A DNA stretch of 64,000 nucleotides from Lophium mytilinum (taxonomy: Eukaryota), in the NCBI GenBank assembly GCA_010093605.1, contig MU004199.1, positions 620,001-684,000 on the forward strand, in the 5' to 3' direction. The first letter of the stretch is position 1. Every line of letters begins with the position of its first letter. A program made the position numbers and the translations under genes. Below, one piece after another: positions 37,755-50,091 of the stretch. A model generated the notes under the pieces. It ran no database searches and was not told the DNA's origin. It was given only the letters and a program-made list of their open reading frames with translations.

Positions 37755-38508
37755 ACTTGCGTTCTGACAATGTGGACACCGATGGAAGACTCCCCTAGGG
37801 TATCTCAACTCTCCAGAAAGTGAATGTTAAGTTTTGCACGCTGTAAACGAGAGCTCGATCAAGCGACAAGCATATCTGCACGTATACCTTACAAGTCCAA
37901 TATCAGGGGCTATCGATGTGCGTTTTGACAATCTTTGTGTCAATGAAAGACCCTCTGGATAATCTAGACTTCCTGGACAATGAATGTCAAGGTTTATGCG
38001 ACGTGAACAAGAGCTCGATTAAATGACGAGCATGTCTACACTTAAACCTCAAACTTTCAATAACGAAGGCTATTAGTATGCGTTTTGACAGCGTAGACGC
38101 CGATAGTAGACTCCCCTGGGCCATCTCCACCCGCTTAGAAGTGAATGTTAAGAGTTGGACGCTGCAAATGAGAAACTCGATCAAATAACGAGCATGTCTG
38201 CACTTGTTTCTCACACGTTCAATATCAGGGGCTATGAATGTACCTTTTGACAATCTTTGTGGCCATAACAGACCCCCCTGGACTCTCTGAACTTCCTGTA
38301 TAATGAATATCAACCATTGCAAGCTGTAAATAAGAGCTCGATCAAGAGACAAGCATATCTGCACTTATTACTCAAACTTTTCAATATCGAAGGCTATAGT
38401 ATGCGTTTTGACATTGTATATATCAATGAAAGACCTCCTTGGACTTTCTAGATATCTAGGATAACGAAAGTCACGATTTGCAAGTTGTGAATGAGACCTT
38501 GATCAGCG
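37755..38508. repeat. Degenerate tandem array, ~4.7 units of ~161 bp
   Basis: Anchor (G)CGTTTTGACA-like at 37759, 37920, 38080, ~38242, 38403; recurring AGAGCTCGATCAA, AGCAT(A/G)TCT(G/A)CAC, CAATATC.GGGGCTAT. Confidence 0.9.
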
Positions 38509-38882
38509 AATCTCGGATATTTCTGCACCTTAGAGAGGTTACAAATGAAAACAAGGAGTTGAGACCGTCCGAGGTCGATAATGGGAAATAAGTAAAGGAT
38601 GTCGTCCAGGACCAGGAGACGGAATCGCGATCGGAGATGACTAGCGACGGGATGTCACGTGGAAATCTGCCCCTGTCTATTGTGATTTTGCTCGCTCCAC
38701 ACCACTGTAAGGGGTGCCTCGGCCAGCAGGCATATAATCATCCAAAAAGGTAGCGATTGTGCCTCCCATTCGCTCAACACCACACCTACGACGACCCCAG
38801 CTTTTGGTGTTCCCATCGCCGCTGACGTTTAATTATTTTCAAATCTATCTGGACGCGCGCGGTGACCGTATCTGCATTCAAG

Positions 38883-39741
38883 ATGGGGCGCCGGCTTGAC
38901 ATCGTGTACCTGGTCTTCTTCATCATACATCTTCCTGTTATGTTCGGTAAGACAATTCATTTCGGTCATTTCCAATTACATGCTCAGATACTGTTCTATT
39001 CCACGTTTTAGCTTCGTTATGCTACCTTCTATATATCCATAGCCATTCTCTTCCCGAGTCATCAAGTTTGCAATCCTCACTCAGCCTTTCGAAGTCGTTC
39101 GGTCCATATCCACCACCAGCATATTTCTTTCCAAGAGCAATAATTGCAACTCTCACTAACACACTAATCAGTCGTCGACCTCACACCCTTCTACCCCGCC
39201 TCCATCAAGCCCGCTTTCATGACCGCCCTCCGCTCTTACTACGTCACGACCTACCGCGACCAATTCTTCATCGCTCCACCGTACGTCTTCTCATTCCTCT
39301 TCCACTTTCCTCTACCTCCTCCTCATACCCACTAACTCCCCCCATCCGCAGCGCATGGTTCACAACCTACCTCTACATGGAACTTCTCTACCACGTCCCG
39401 CTGACGCTCTTCGCCATCCGCGCCCTCTGGTCCGCGCCGCTCAAGCCCAAAGCGATGCTGCATCTGCTCCTGTTCTCGGCGCAAGCGGGACTAACGACGC
39501 TGACGTGTATTGCGGAGGCGCTGAGTTGGGATCGGACTTTGGAGGAGCAGGGGAGGTTGATGGGGCTGTATTTGCCTTATGTTGCTTTTGGTGAGTGATC
39601 AATCGAGATTCTGTGATGTGTTGGTGAGAGGGGATTGGGGCTAATGGGGCTGTAGCGGTGCTTATGGGGGTGGATATGTTTGGGAGGTTGAGTAACGTTG
39701 TTGAGGGTGCTGCGGGTGGGGAGGAGAAGAAGAGGGTGTAG
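38883..39741 (+). CDS. EXPERA/TMEM97 (DUF2781, Ema19-like) ER membrane protein, 4 exons
   Basis: MGRRLDIVYLVFFIIHLPVMF|VVDLTPFYP...YYVTTYRDQFFIAPP|AWF..YLYMELLYHVP...LYLPY|...DMFGRL; C-terminal KKRV dilysine ER-retrieval-like signal. Confidence 0.88.
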
Positions 39742-40129
39742 GTGCGAGCTGAAGGGTAATCTCGGGGTTTGTAGATGTTGAGAGGTGTTGTAAGCAGTAG
39801 GTGGTACGACTTGGGGTGCCCTGAGTGTGTATTGTATTCCGATGATCATGGTAAGGTGGTAGCACTTCTAGATTCCGCTATCACAAATGTGACACCTCAT
39901 TCAAATTTGCGATAACTAGTTGAAGCACCTCAAGCAGTGGCACAGACTTGCGAGCAGACATCTGACAAGGCACTGTATTTCTCATCCCAGTGTGATAGAA
40001 GATCAGTAAATCGAAATGTAGATTCGTGGTATCATAACCCAAACGCTCACAGACGCCGCCGTCGCTTGACAGCCCGTATGCAGATCCAAACGCCTTGAGC
40101 CCAGCTATGCCATGCAGTATCGACCACTT

Positions 40130-41141
40130 CTATACCTCGATAAGGTCTGGAGCCGGCGGCCCGACACCTCTTAGGAGGACGACCGTATTCCCAGTCACAC
40201 ATGGCGTGCCAATCTTCTCACTGAAATCCAGCAAGCGGCCCCCCTCGACGTGGAACACTCTCAGCTTCGCCTCCTCTCCTCCGCCTCTATTGTTCACATT
40301 CTCCACCTGGAGGGCCTTTGACGCCGCGTCCAGCACGCGGCCCACACTCCACTCCTTGTTGTAGAAGAACTTCCCCGAAGGGTGTTTCGCTTTTGTCGTA
40401 TCCGCCGAAGCCTCCACTAGCAAGTACACCCTCTTATCCTGTGGTATCGAGGCCTCCCCTTTCGCATTCTTCTTGAGGTCCATAAGTGCATTCCTCGCAT
40501 TCGCAGCCGAGACCGTCGCCTTCGACTTCGGCACCAGCTTCTCCATATCCTTAGCCTTAGTCGCCGTCGAGATCGAGATCTTCCGATTCCACTCCTTGAA
40601 CTTCGAGAACGCGCCTAGCGCTTTCTCCCGCTGCGCATCTACGGTTGTCTTCGGTCTCGTACCCAGGGGTATCAGGTTCTTGCAGTCATGGTCTTCGGGA
40701 AGGCGGTGCTTGACGCAGTAGTATCTCCGACATGTCGAGCAATGTATGCCCTCTTTGAGGGGCGTATTGATCTTCTCCTTACAGCTCGATGAAGCACAGG
40801 GCTGGGGTGTAAGCAGCGAGCTGCGCATCGGCGGCGTAGAGCTGCTCTTCTTCAGTTCAGCCTCACGGCGGGCGCGGGCCCAGGCGCCCTCATTTTTGCA
40901 GGCGTGCGCGGTTTCAGTGCGGTGGTCGAGGCAGAAGGTTCTATGACATGTCAGTTGCTATTCCGTAGAGTTTCTAGAGGATCAGAACTCACCCTTTGCA
41001 GCTCTCGCAGCGAAACGGCAGAAAGTCGAGCTGGTGGCAGTACGCCATTTGGCAGTGCGCCCCGATAGCCTCAACGTCGCCCTTTGCCATTTTCGTGAAT
41101 GTTTCTTTCTCAGGAGCTGGGGAACCGGATGAGGTAGCCAT
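40130..41141 (-). CDS. CUZ1: AN1-type zinc-finger protein (Cuz1-like) with C-terminal ubiquitin-like domain, 2 exons
   Basis: IGAHCQMAYCHQLDFLPFRCESCKG|TFCLDHRTETAHAC; second AN1 finger CSTCRRYYCVKHRLPEDHDC; WSVGRVLDAASKALQVENVNN. Confidence 0.85.
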
Positions 41142-41449
41142 GACGGCGGTTGAGAGAGGCGATATATAGGGCTGGGGTGGTGTTGGAGGCAGAAAGGCGA
41201 CGACGACAGATGATTAATGCCTGTCGGAATGGTCGAGAAGATGCCCGAGCTGACACGGTTTCGCCGCACCTCGTAGCTTCCAGCACCGGTGCGCAGTTTT
41301 AGGACCGGAGACTATTCATCACGTGCCAGCGGTAGCCACCCCTGTTTGTTTTGTTGACGGGTCGCGCCTTCCCCTCCGCCACTTTCACGTTAACCACTAT
41401 ATCAACAATCTCAATCGCTACTGCGCCCGCTGCGCAACCCTGTATCGCA

Positions 41450-43134
41450 ATGCCTCGCGCAATGAGTAAGATCGCCTACATGGTCGACTCGGCCTCGGAA
41501 GACGAAATCAACGGTGTGCTGCTCACGCCCGACTCCGCCATCGAGAACCACGCGCCGGGACGAAAAGGCAAACCGATTGCGAAGAAACCAACCACAACCA
41601 TGGCTGCGAAAGGCGTCAAAGCGAAAGCGGCCCCGCGTCGCGTGAGCGGGGCAAGCGTGCTCGGCGCAAAGAAAGCTGGTGTGGCAAAGAAAACAGCGGC
41701 GGGTGGGAAGAGGAAGGTTTTGGGTGAACGCGCAGAGATGAGCGAAACGGAGGAGGTGGAGCATTTTGAGGATGAGGAGATGGAGGAGGAGGAGGCGATG
41801 CCCGCGCCGAAAAAGAAGGGAAGGCCGAGGAAGTCGAATGAGAGCAGTCTTATGGAGGTGCCGCCCCCGAAGGTGACTGGGAAGAGAGCACCGAAAGCTG
41901 CCGCGGCGAAGGCTGCACCAAAGGCGGCGGCGAAGACGACAAAGGGTGCGAAGCGTGTAGTGAAGCAGGAGCCGGATGTAGAGATCCCGGAAACGCAGCC
42001 GGAGCCTGATATGATGGATATGGACGATTCGATTGAGCAGTCGGTGGAGTTTGATGATGATGTCCCGGAGATGCCACCACCACGAAAACCGGTGTCTAAG
42101 CAGACAGCCCAGCCAAAGGCAGCCTCGAAACAGCGACAGAACTCAGTACAACGGCAAACATCGGTGCCGCGGAGGAGAGCAGGAAGTGCGTCAGATACAG
42201 AGAGGGGAGGCAATGATCCTACATTGAGGCGAAAGCTGGGGGATTTGAGGAACCAATTCGAGAACATCAATCTCAAATATCAGAACCTGAAGGAGATAGG
42301 GATGACGGATAAAGAGACCGTCTTTGAGCAGCTGAAGCGCACAACAGACCAACGAGAGAAAGGTGAGAATCAACTTGGGATCGCAGGGAGTACATGGCTA
42401 ATATTTGAATCAAGATCAGGATGCAGTGATCAGGTCTCTCAAGCAACAAGTCGCCTCGCTTCAGACGAGATCCTCCGAGACGTCGTCACTACGGAAAGAG
42501 CTAGCAGTACTAACAGCTGCTAATACTAAGCTGACCTCGGAAAACAAGTCCCTCTCCGAGTCTCTGGCTACAGCACAGAACGAGAACAAAACCATCAGCG
42601 CGAAACTAGCACAGGCACGCTCGTCGGCACCCCCGGAAGGAAAGGCCGGACAAGGAAGTGCAATGAAGCAACAACAGCGTAGTGTCGTCCTCCCTGGATC
42701 CGCAGAAGCACAGAAAGAAGTTCAGATCCGCAAGCTCAAGGAAGACCTATACACCGATCTTACAGGATTGATAATACGGGGCGTGAAGAAAGGCGATGAT
42801 GACGAAGACATATTTGATTGCATTCAGACTGGCCGCAATGGCAGTAAGTTCACTCACAAACCCCCTCAATGAGCATGAGCGAATTGATATTGACCATACT
42901 GCAGCGCTACACTTCCATTTCACGGTACCGGCAGACGATGACGACACGGAATACAACAATGTGAATCTCGATTATTTGCCAATGCTCGACGAAAAAAGGG
43001 ATGCCGACCTTTTCGATATCCTACCCGAATATGCGACTGATGGGGAGGGGATCAGTTTCCCGCGGCATGATGCGGTGAAGTTTTACTCCAAGATTGTGGA
43101 GTGCATGACTAAGAAGATCATTCTGGAAGATTGA
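41450..43134 (+). CDS. CSM1: Monopolin complex subunit Csm1/Pcs1, 3 exons
   Basis: K/A-rich N-terminus with an AT-hook-like KKGRPRK and a coiled coil. C-terminal Csm1 domain LKEDLYTDLTGLI...FDCIQTGRNG|LHF...YLPMLD...LPEY...ISFP....KFY. Confidence 0.88.
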
Positions 43135-43603
43135 GTTCTCAAGTTGCATCAATGAAATGAATACTGTATCTGAAATGGTGCAAGGGAAGGCTATATCACG
43201 GGCGGTTTGTTAGCGGCGCAGAGGGTGTTTTGTGGACTCTGCGTGAAATACGGTTTTCTATATGACACGGGCGTGGAGTTTCTGTTACGGCGTATGGCGG
43301 TGGGCATCATGTTTTAATGCCCAGCTTTGATATCCTCTTGTGCTTGCTATTGGTTACTTAGTTAGAAAACTCACTTGAACTACCTTCATCCAATCACAGA
43401 TCCCAGGTCAAAATAATCCGAAATGGTGCCGGATGAGAGCAGATGTTGTTGGTACAATTGGCGCTGTATCTACAGGTTTTACAACTCGGCAGCCGATAGA
43501 AATCCTGGATGCTCTCGCTCGTCCGACTGTCCTTCGTTCATACGTTCATGCCTCCGCTCCTTAATATCTGCCGGACCCGTCCGATGATGGTCCAATGCAA
43601 ACT

Positions 43604-44061
43604 CTAGTGTGCCGCTTTCTTCTCTTCCGCTTCTGCCGATTTCAGGAAGTCCCTGTAGCGAAACCATATTAGCCAGTGTTTCTCTCGATCGCCGCGGGAT
43701 TGCGATTGCAGCTCCATAAAAGCTCTGAATGTGAGACTAGACGTATGGAAGCCGATAGCACATACTGTATAAACTTTTCCTCGTCCTTGCTGCCAGCCGA
43801 GATAGGCGGGCCCTGTGCAGCCGACTTCTTCGAGCCGCCCATTGCGGCCCACGAGCCTACGAAAACCGTGCCCAGGGTCGCCATTGCGAGCTATACATCA
43901 CATCAATCAGCATTCGTCCATTGTGGCAAGCAGGGTTTGCGCTCCGAAGTCGCGATGAAGGTAGTAAAAGAGCTCTCCTTCGGGCGGTCGGGACGGGTTC
44001 GGGCGGCGCTTACGACGTGCGATCCGACCTGGCGGCCAGCGATTTGATACATGACGACCAT
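43604..44061 (-). CDS. ATP19: Mitochondrial ATP synthase subunit k, 3 exons
   Basis: MVVMYQIAGRQVGSHV|LAMATLG...GPPISAGSKDEEKFIQ|DFLKSAEAEEKKAAH with canonical introns. Confidence 0.93.
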
Positions 44062-44366
44062 GATTGCGGTTGTGAGGGGTTGGAGGTGCGGGAGAGTTGT
44101 GTGGTGGCGGGCAATTGGGGGTTGATGGAGAGCTCTGGCCGGGTGTTGTTGGAGTTGCGGTTGCTGTGAAGAATTGGATGATGCAGCAAGGGAAGTGCCG
44201 CTCGAGCTGTGACGTCCCGTCTATGCTTCCCGAGGTCGCGGTGCTTTGCGCATTCGACACTTTACAACCTCCACGAAAGCTTTTCGGATTGTTTCATTTG
44301 TGAGGAGGGCACTTGACTTGGCGTTAAAGAGATATCTGAGGGTTTAGACACACGGTTACAGGAATC

Positions 44367-45435
44367 ATGGCGAAGAAGGATAACGACACGGAGGATATCC
44401 CACATGAGCGGGCGGGCGCGCGGCCGGACTACTCGGTGCAGCCTGCGAGGAAGAGACTGCCCAAGGGATTGCAGGAGACACTGGATGACGATGAAAAGCT
44501 ATGGGAGACGGTTTATGAGGGATCGTGAGTTACTATTATATCTTCCTATTCATTCCGAGCCGAGCACTCCTCCAAAGAAACAAGATTCTTAAACTCCTAT
44601 CGATGTCTCTAGATCTCTTTGAAACACACATGATCTAACACCCCCATCCTAGGTCCGGCGATACCACCGACAGCGACATCCGCTATGCTGCCTATGCCTC
44701 TCGCGTGCGCACCATCCTTCGCGCCGGCCAACGCTACATCGCCTACACCTCGGACATCGGCGAGTCCTTCCGCCCGGTTGCCCACCCATATCTTATAAAA
44801 GGCGCCTACGCTGTCTCCTGGCTCTACCTCGCGGGTGACGTTAGTCACGAAGGCTACAAAGCATATATACGGAACCAGCGGGTGCTGCACCCAGAACTGC
44901 ACACTGCAGAAAAAGAGAGCTCAGGCAACTCGATCGTGGAGGGCGTGAAGAACCTCTTGCCAGCTGCAGTTGGAGGCTCCGCTGTAACGAGTACGCATGT
45001 CGTTCCCGGGATCGTGCCAGCGATCGAGGATTATCGGTCTGTGATGGCACAACGAGCGATCTTCCAGGGTTTGGCGAGTATGGGATTGCCGGCGTTCACG
45101 ATCCATAGCATCGTGAAGTACTCGGGAAAGGCGATGAAGGATATCAAGAACGCGAGAATTAGGACGTATGGACCGATTGGGGTGAGTGTCTCTTGAGTTC
45201 GGGACGAGTATCGTTTTGCGGGATGCTGATTTCTTCGTAGCTTGGGCTAGCGGCTGTGCCGTTCCTACCTTACGTATTCGACGAGCCGGTCGAGAAGGCG
45301 GTCGAGTGGGTGTTCCACAAGGGCTTCGAAGCGGTTGGCGGCCCGGAAGCTGTGGCGGGTCGGCCGGTGACAGGACTGAAAGAGCTACGGCATGCGGAGT
45401 CGAAAGCTGGCGCTGCGAAAGAGAAAGAGCTTTGA
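44367..45435 (+). CDS. MTFP1: Mitochondrial fission process protein 1 (MTP18 family), 3 exons
   Basis: RYAAYASR...RYIAYTSDIGESFRPV...YAVSWLY..GDV; FQGLASMGLPAFTIHSIV; GL.AVPFLPYVFDEPVEKAVEW; stop TGA 45433-45435. Confidence 0.9.
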
Positions 45436-46975
45436 GCACTGGGCTGTGGTGAGTGAAGATGAGGCTCTAACAAGGAAGTGTTCCAACTGTATTAACTGAA
45501 ATATGGAGTGATGATGGGGTGTTGAGGCGTAGATTCTACTCGAAACGTGTATATATGATGAATCACAACCTTCCTACTAAACAACTTCACTTAATGCTGC
45601 TGATTGGTATGGTTTTTGTGTTGTGAAGGATGATGATTAAGGGGACGGAAGGGGAAAGTGGAGCTGTATGAGAAGGACGATTTAGGGAAGGGGAGTAGAG
45701 TGCTGGCAGTAGTAAAGAGCTAGTATCGAGTATCAATCCATATTAGATGAGAGTAGTAAAACGATGTACAATAAAGGTAGAGTACGAGGCCATGTATTCG
45801 AGCAGACCTACATAAGACTACTCTGTCTTCGCTCTTGCTCTGCGGACCCTACTGTGAGAAGTGCCTCAGGTAGTGTACCTCTCATCAGTCAGATGGTAGT
45901 GTGATATTCACTGCGTTGATCTTTGCGTTAGATTTGGAGTTTCCGAAGCCTACTAGGGTGCCCCAAGCAGTCGCAAGAAGCGCCAAAACTTATGCCATGG
46001 TACTGCAGATTGTGGAGGAAAGAAACGAAAAACTTTTCTACGAGATAACGAGCTTGTATGCACTTCAAATAACGAACATGTGTGGAACTACGAAGCCGAA
46101 GCCGAAGCCGAAGCTAAAGACCTCAAGAGAGAGAATAGAAATGCTACATGCAAGCAAAGAGTATAGCGTAGATTTGCCAATACTGCACCCCTGCTCCTAA
46201 GACAGGGTCATACTGTAACGTAGACAAGGGCGGACGGGTCTGCTTACTCTTTGCAACTGTAGACCTTACCTTTGTGCCCGTATCCCACGACTCCTAGCTA
46301 TGTAACATCATCGTACGATTCTGGCTTCTGGGTTGGAGCGTCGAGGGTACCTGATATTTATATTCACGTGATCTCGACTTAACCGTCACCTCTGCCTTGC
46401 GCAGCGCTCGCACAGTTTCTTTTTTTATTCCTCGAATCCCAAGCCGTACTAGGATGGGTTCGGCTTTTGTTTCTCGAGATTCAGATTTATAGATTCATGG
46501 CCAAAAGCTATAAGTGAAGCGAGGAGTGAATGTATGCGTATGAAGACATTGGCTTGCCGACATTCAGAGTATTGGTCCTATTTGCATCGAACTTGGACTA
46601 GAAGTAGGCGATTCAAGGGGTCTAGTAGGCGACTGATGAGATTTGCGGGTATAGTGTATATGTGAGACGTTGGTCAATAGGTGACGGGGAGTTAAAAAAA
46701 GTTCGATGGACTCCTTACCTCCAAGATTAGACACATTCAGTCTAGAGGACCTCCCCTAGAGTGTTAAAACTGCAACTCGGTTGTAAAATCAGCACTCGTA
46801 ATTCTACATTACAGTCAAGATCCGAGAACGCGAGCGGTTCTCTCCATAAGTTCGTCAAATATGCACAAATCCCAACGCCCCCACCAAACCCGCTGAATAT
46901 GACCACAAAAGAATCCCTAAAACCGTTTTCCTTTCCCTCTATCCTTCCGATTCTCTGATAGCGCATCCCATTCTC

Positions 46976-48450
46976 TCAGCTCGGCAGTTCCTGCGGGGAC
47001 TGCAACGCCGCCTGCTGATGCGCATACTTCACCGGTCTGTCACCAGTGGCCGTCATCTCCTGTGCTGAATCCGCGTGCAGCTCGCCTGGAGGGGCGGGCG
47101 CATACGAGTATCCGTATCCCGGTGCGCCTTTATATCCAGTGGCAGTAGTCCCGCTTACAGGGCGCGCCTTTCGTCGTCGCCACCAGAAGATGCCGCCTGC
47201 GATAAGACCTATCGCAACGACGCCGCCGATGACAGGCCCAGCGATCCAGGCTTTCGAGCTAGCCTTCGAGCTAGAAGTAGGTACAGTGGTGTTGGTAGGG
47301 TTGGAGGTCGGGAGCGGAGTGCCTGAGAGCAGTGCGAAGGTGGTATTTGCGTTACTGGAGATCACGCTTGTTGTATTTTGGAGATAGCAGTTCTGGAATC
47401 CGGCGGCCATTGTGCTGTCAAAGACTACGCCAACGCAGTCCTTATCGCTTTTTGCACAGGCATCAACGCAGGCGGTGATGTTCGCACGGTGAATGGACGT
47501 GATGTTCGTCCCCGTATTCAACTGCGCGCAGTTGATACTGAATGTCTTCCCTTGGGTGTCGTAGGACTTATCAGCCGGACAGGTGGTGTTGACGGGCTCG
47601 ATACTTGTCAGGGCAGCAGAGTGGAGAACACCAATCAGCATGTTGGCAGTGGCTGGCTGGAGGTTATTCCATCCCGTCTTTGGCCAGCAGTTCGCGAAAC
47701 CGATCGTTTGAGAAGGATTCCAGGAGACACCCTGACAGAGGGGGTGGGAATCGGCGCAGATTTCCATGCATTCTTGGAGAGAGTCGGCGTGCCAGAAACC
47801 CTCATATGGACCCTGGTAGCAGCCCGAAACGTCATACTCGTCGAAACATGCGTCAAAGCCACCTATGACTTGATCGCAGTGGATTGTGAAGTTCTCTACG
47901 TTCCGCACCGTCTGGATTGAGAGGTTGTCGAATGGGCAGTCTGTATTGACGCTTTTAAGTTCGGCGTGGGGAACGAGCGCTGAATGCGTGCCGGCTTCGG
48001 GGTATAGGCCCTGCGTGGAGGTGGAGGAGTTGCGCAGCCAGCATGAGTTTCCCGTGTTCCATACTACGCCGAAGCAGCCCTCGCCGGTGGGGCCCCAGTA
48101 CCGCGAGCAGAGTTCCATACATATCTCCATCGTATCCGTTTGGACGGGGCCCTGGGCATCATTCCATGGGTTGTTTTCTAGATATCTCGTCTTAGTATGC
48201 TAGCCTTGGGGTGGCAATAATTCATCACTCACGGTTGCAGTACATCGTGAAGTTAAGTCCATTGTGACTCTCATAGCTGTTCGGACAAGGTGAATCGCGG
48301 GCCTGTAAGTCTAAAGAATCAATAGGATCTATGAAGGTTAACCATTAAGCATCAGCGCCGGATACGAGACGACCGCTTACCTGCTTTCGCGCCTCGTGAG
48401 AGTGCAGCTAAAGCCACCACGCTCGGACCCAACACAAGATCGAAGCGCAT
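46976..48450 (-). CDS. Single-pass membrane protein with repeated PAN/Apple-like Cys modules
   Basis: Signal peptide MRFDLVLGPSVVALAALSRGAKA then introns. Three C..C.....C.GV.(W/F)....C(W/Y) modules, S/T stalk, TM WIAGPVIGGVVAIGLIAGGIFWW followed by RRRK, and a cytosolic tail ending QELPS. Confidence 0.85.
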
Positions 48451-50091
48451 TGTGCCTGTAAAACCTCGATGATCGTGTTCCTGAGGATCTTGACGGTCTA
48501 GAGCACTAGAGGAATAGAGAAGAGGGAAGAGAAAGGAAGTAGAATCAAGGGTAACCAAGTAGAATAGTGGGTGTGTTTTTGGCCTTCGTCTCCGCTGTCA
48601 CACAACGCTGCCTTGGAATAGACGGCCTCAAGGTTCCCATCGTTACGCTTTAGTGGACCGGTCGCTGTTATTAGGAGCGCACAGCCTGTCGATCAAGTGG
48701 GCAGACTATGTAGGTAGGAAGCCTCAGCGTAATCTTACCCACGCCGTCATGCTCATATTGGTGGGAAATACATGCACGATCTCCAGGTGAGCCTAGCTCA
48801 TGGCGCTGTGCAGCTCTAGAGACCCAAGGAGTGGTGATAGGCATAGCGGGTGCGGGCTCCGCCCCCAACCTAAAAGTAAGCGGATGAGCCACTACAGTGT
48901 CGCCTCCCATGAGCCTCAGCCCTGCCGAGATGATGCAGAAATGTGTTTCGAGTTGTTAGCACTTGGTTCCTGACCGGGGGACGCTTGTTGGGAGATCTGC
49001 GTGTATGTCTGTGTGGCAAGATCTTACGGCTGCAATAGGTGAGAGATCTTGGTGTTGAGAGTTTAGAAATGCAAAACCTCCCCAAGAACCAATCAAACTA
49101 GCGAAAGCTGACTACTAAGCCACTTCGACGCTTAAAGCAGCCTACAGGCAGATAGGCGCAAGGCTAATGCTACCTCATGACGGCGTGGAGATACTGCGTT
49201 TAGTCCTACTTCTTCTTTCTGTGCTATCCTTCCTGGAGGTCTGCCGCGTCTTTTAATGCTACTCGTTTTATTGATTCATTCTACCGACGCTTTGCAAACA
49301 TGGCATTCGATTCATCAGGACTAAAGCCCTCAGAGTTGATGACAAATGCACGAGGCGCTTCATATCGGAGAAGACGGGAATTTTAGCGCGCTGGGGGCCT
49401 TATAACGCCATTCGACATGGTCCAGCCCCAGGACTACCCAGGACTAACAGTAGATGTTCACTGTCACGTGACCTTCAACGTTCTCCTTCCTACCTTTGTA
49501 TTCTACCCCTACTTTCCACCCTTCAATCCTCCCCAAAAGCCAACCCATCCCCATGCGTTCAGGCTTCAGCATAGCTACGAAAAGCAAACCCACGGCGCAG
49601 AGGCGGTCTCTAGGCGTTGTAAAATCCATGAAGCTGTAATGTTATGTTAGGTGAGAAGTGTGCCTCATCTACACTTACTGTATGTACAGCAGCTAGCTGC
49701 GGTGCCCGTCACATGAAACGAAAACCCATGCTGGCCCGTTGAGATTATGGGCTGCGCAACAGAAAATTTCCATGCTTCATAGAATATTTGGATCCCCAGG
49801 CTGGAATGGAACTATCAATCAGGATGAAAAGTCCATCTCGTAAAGCTGAACGGCATTCGTTTACTCCATTTAGAATTATGGGAATGGTGGATGTCGCACA
49901 TGCACACGACCGACGCCGCTGGCTCTGATACAGTGCACATAAAGTACGAGGTGTTTTGTCAAAAGCAGTATATTTCCCACTGAATCGACTCTTGCTTTCT
50001 ATTTGAAGTTTGGAATGCCTGTTAGGGGACTTCTTAGCAGCCGCAAGGGGTGCTTGAGCTCAAGTTTTGGTACTGTATCATTCCAACCACT

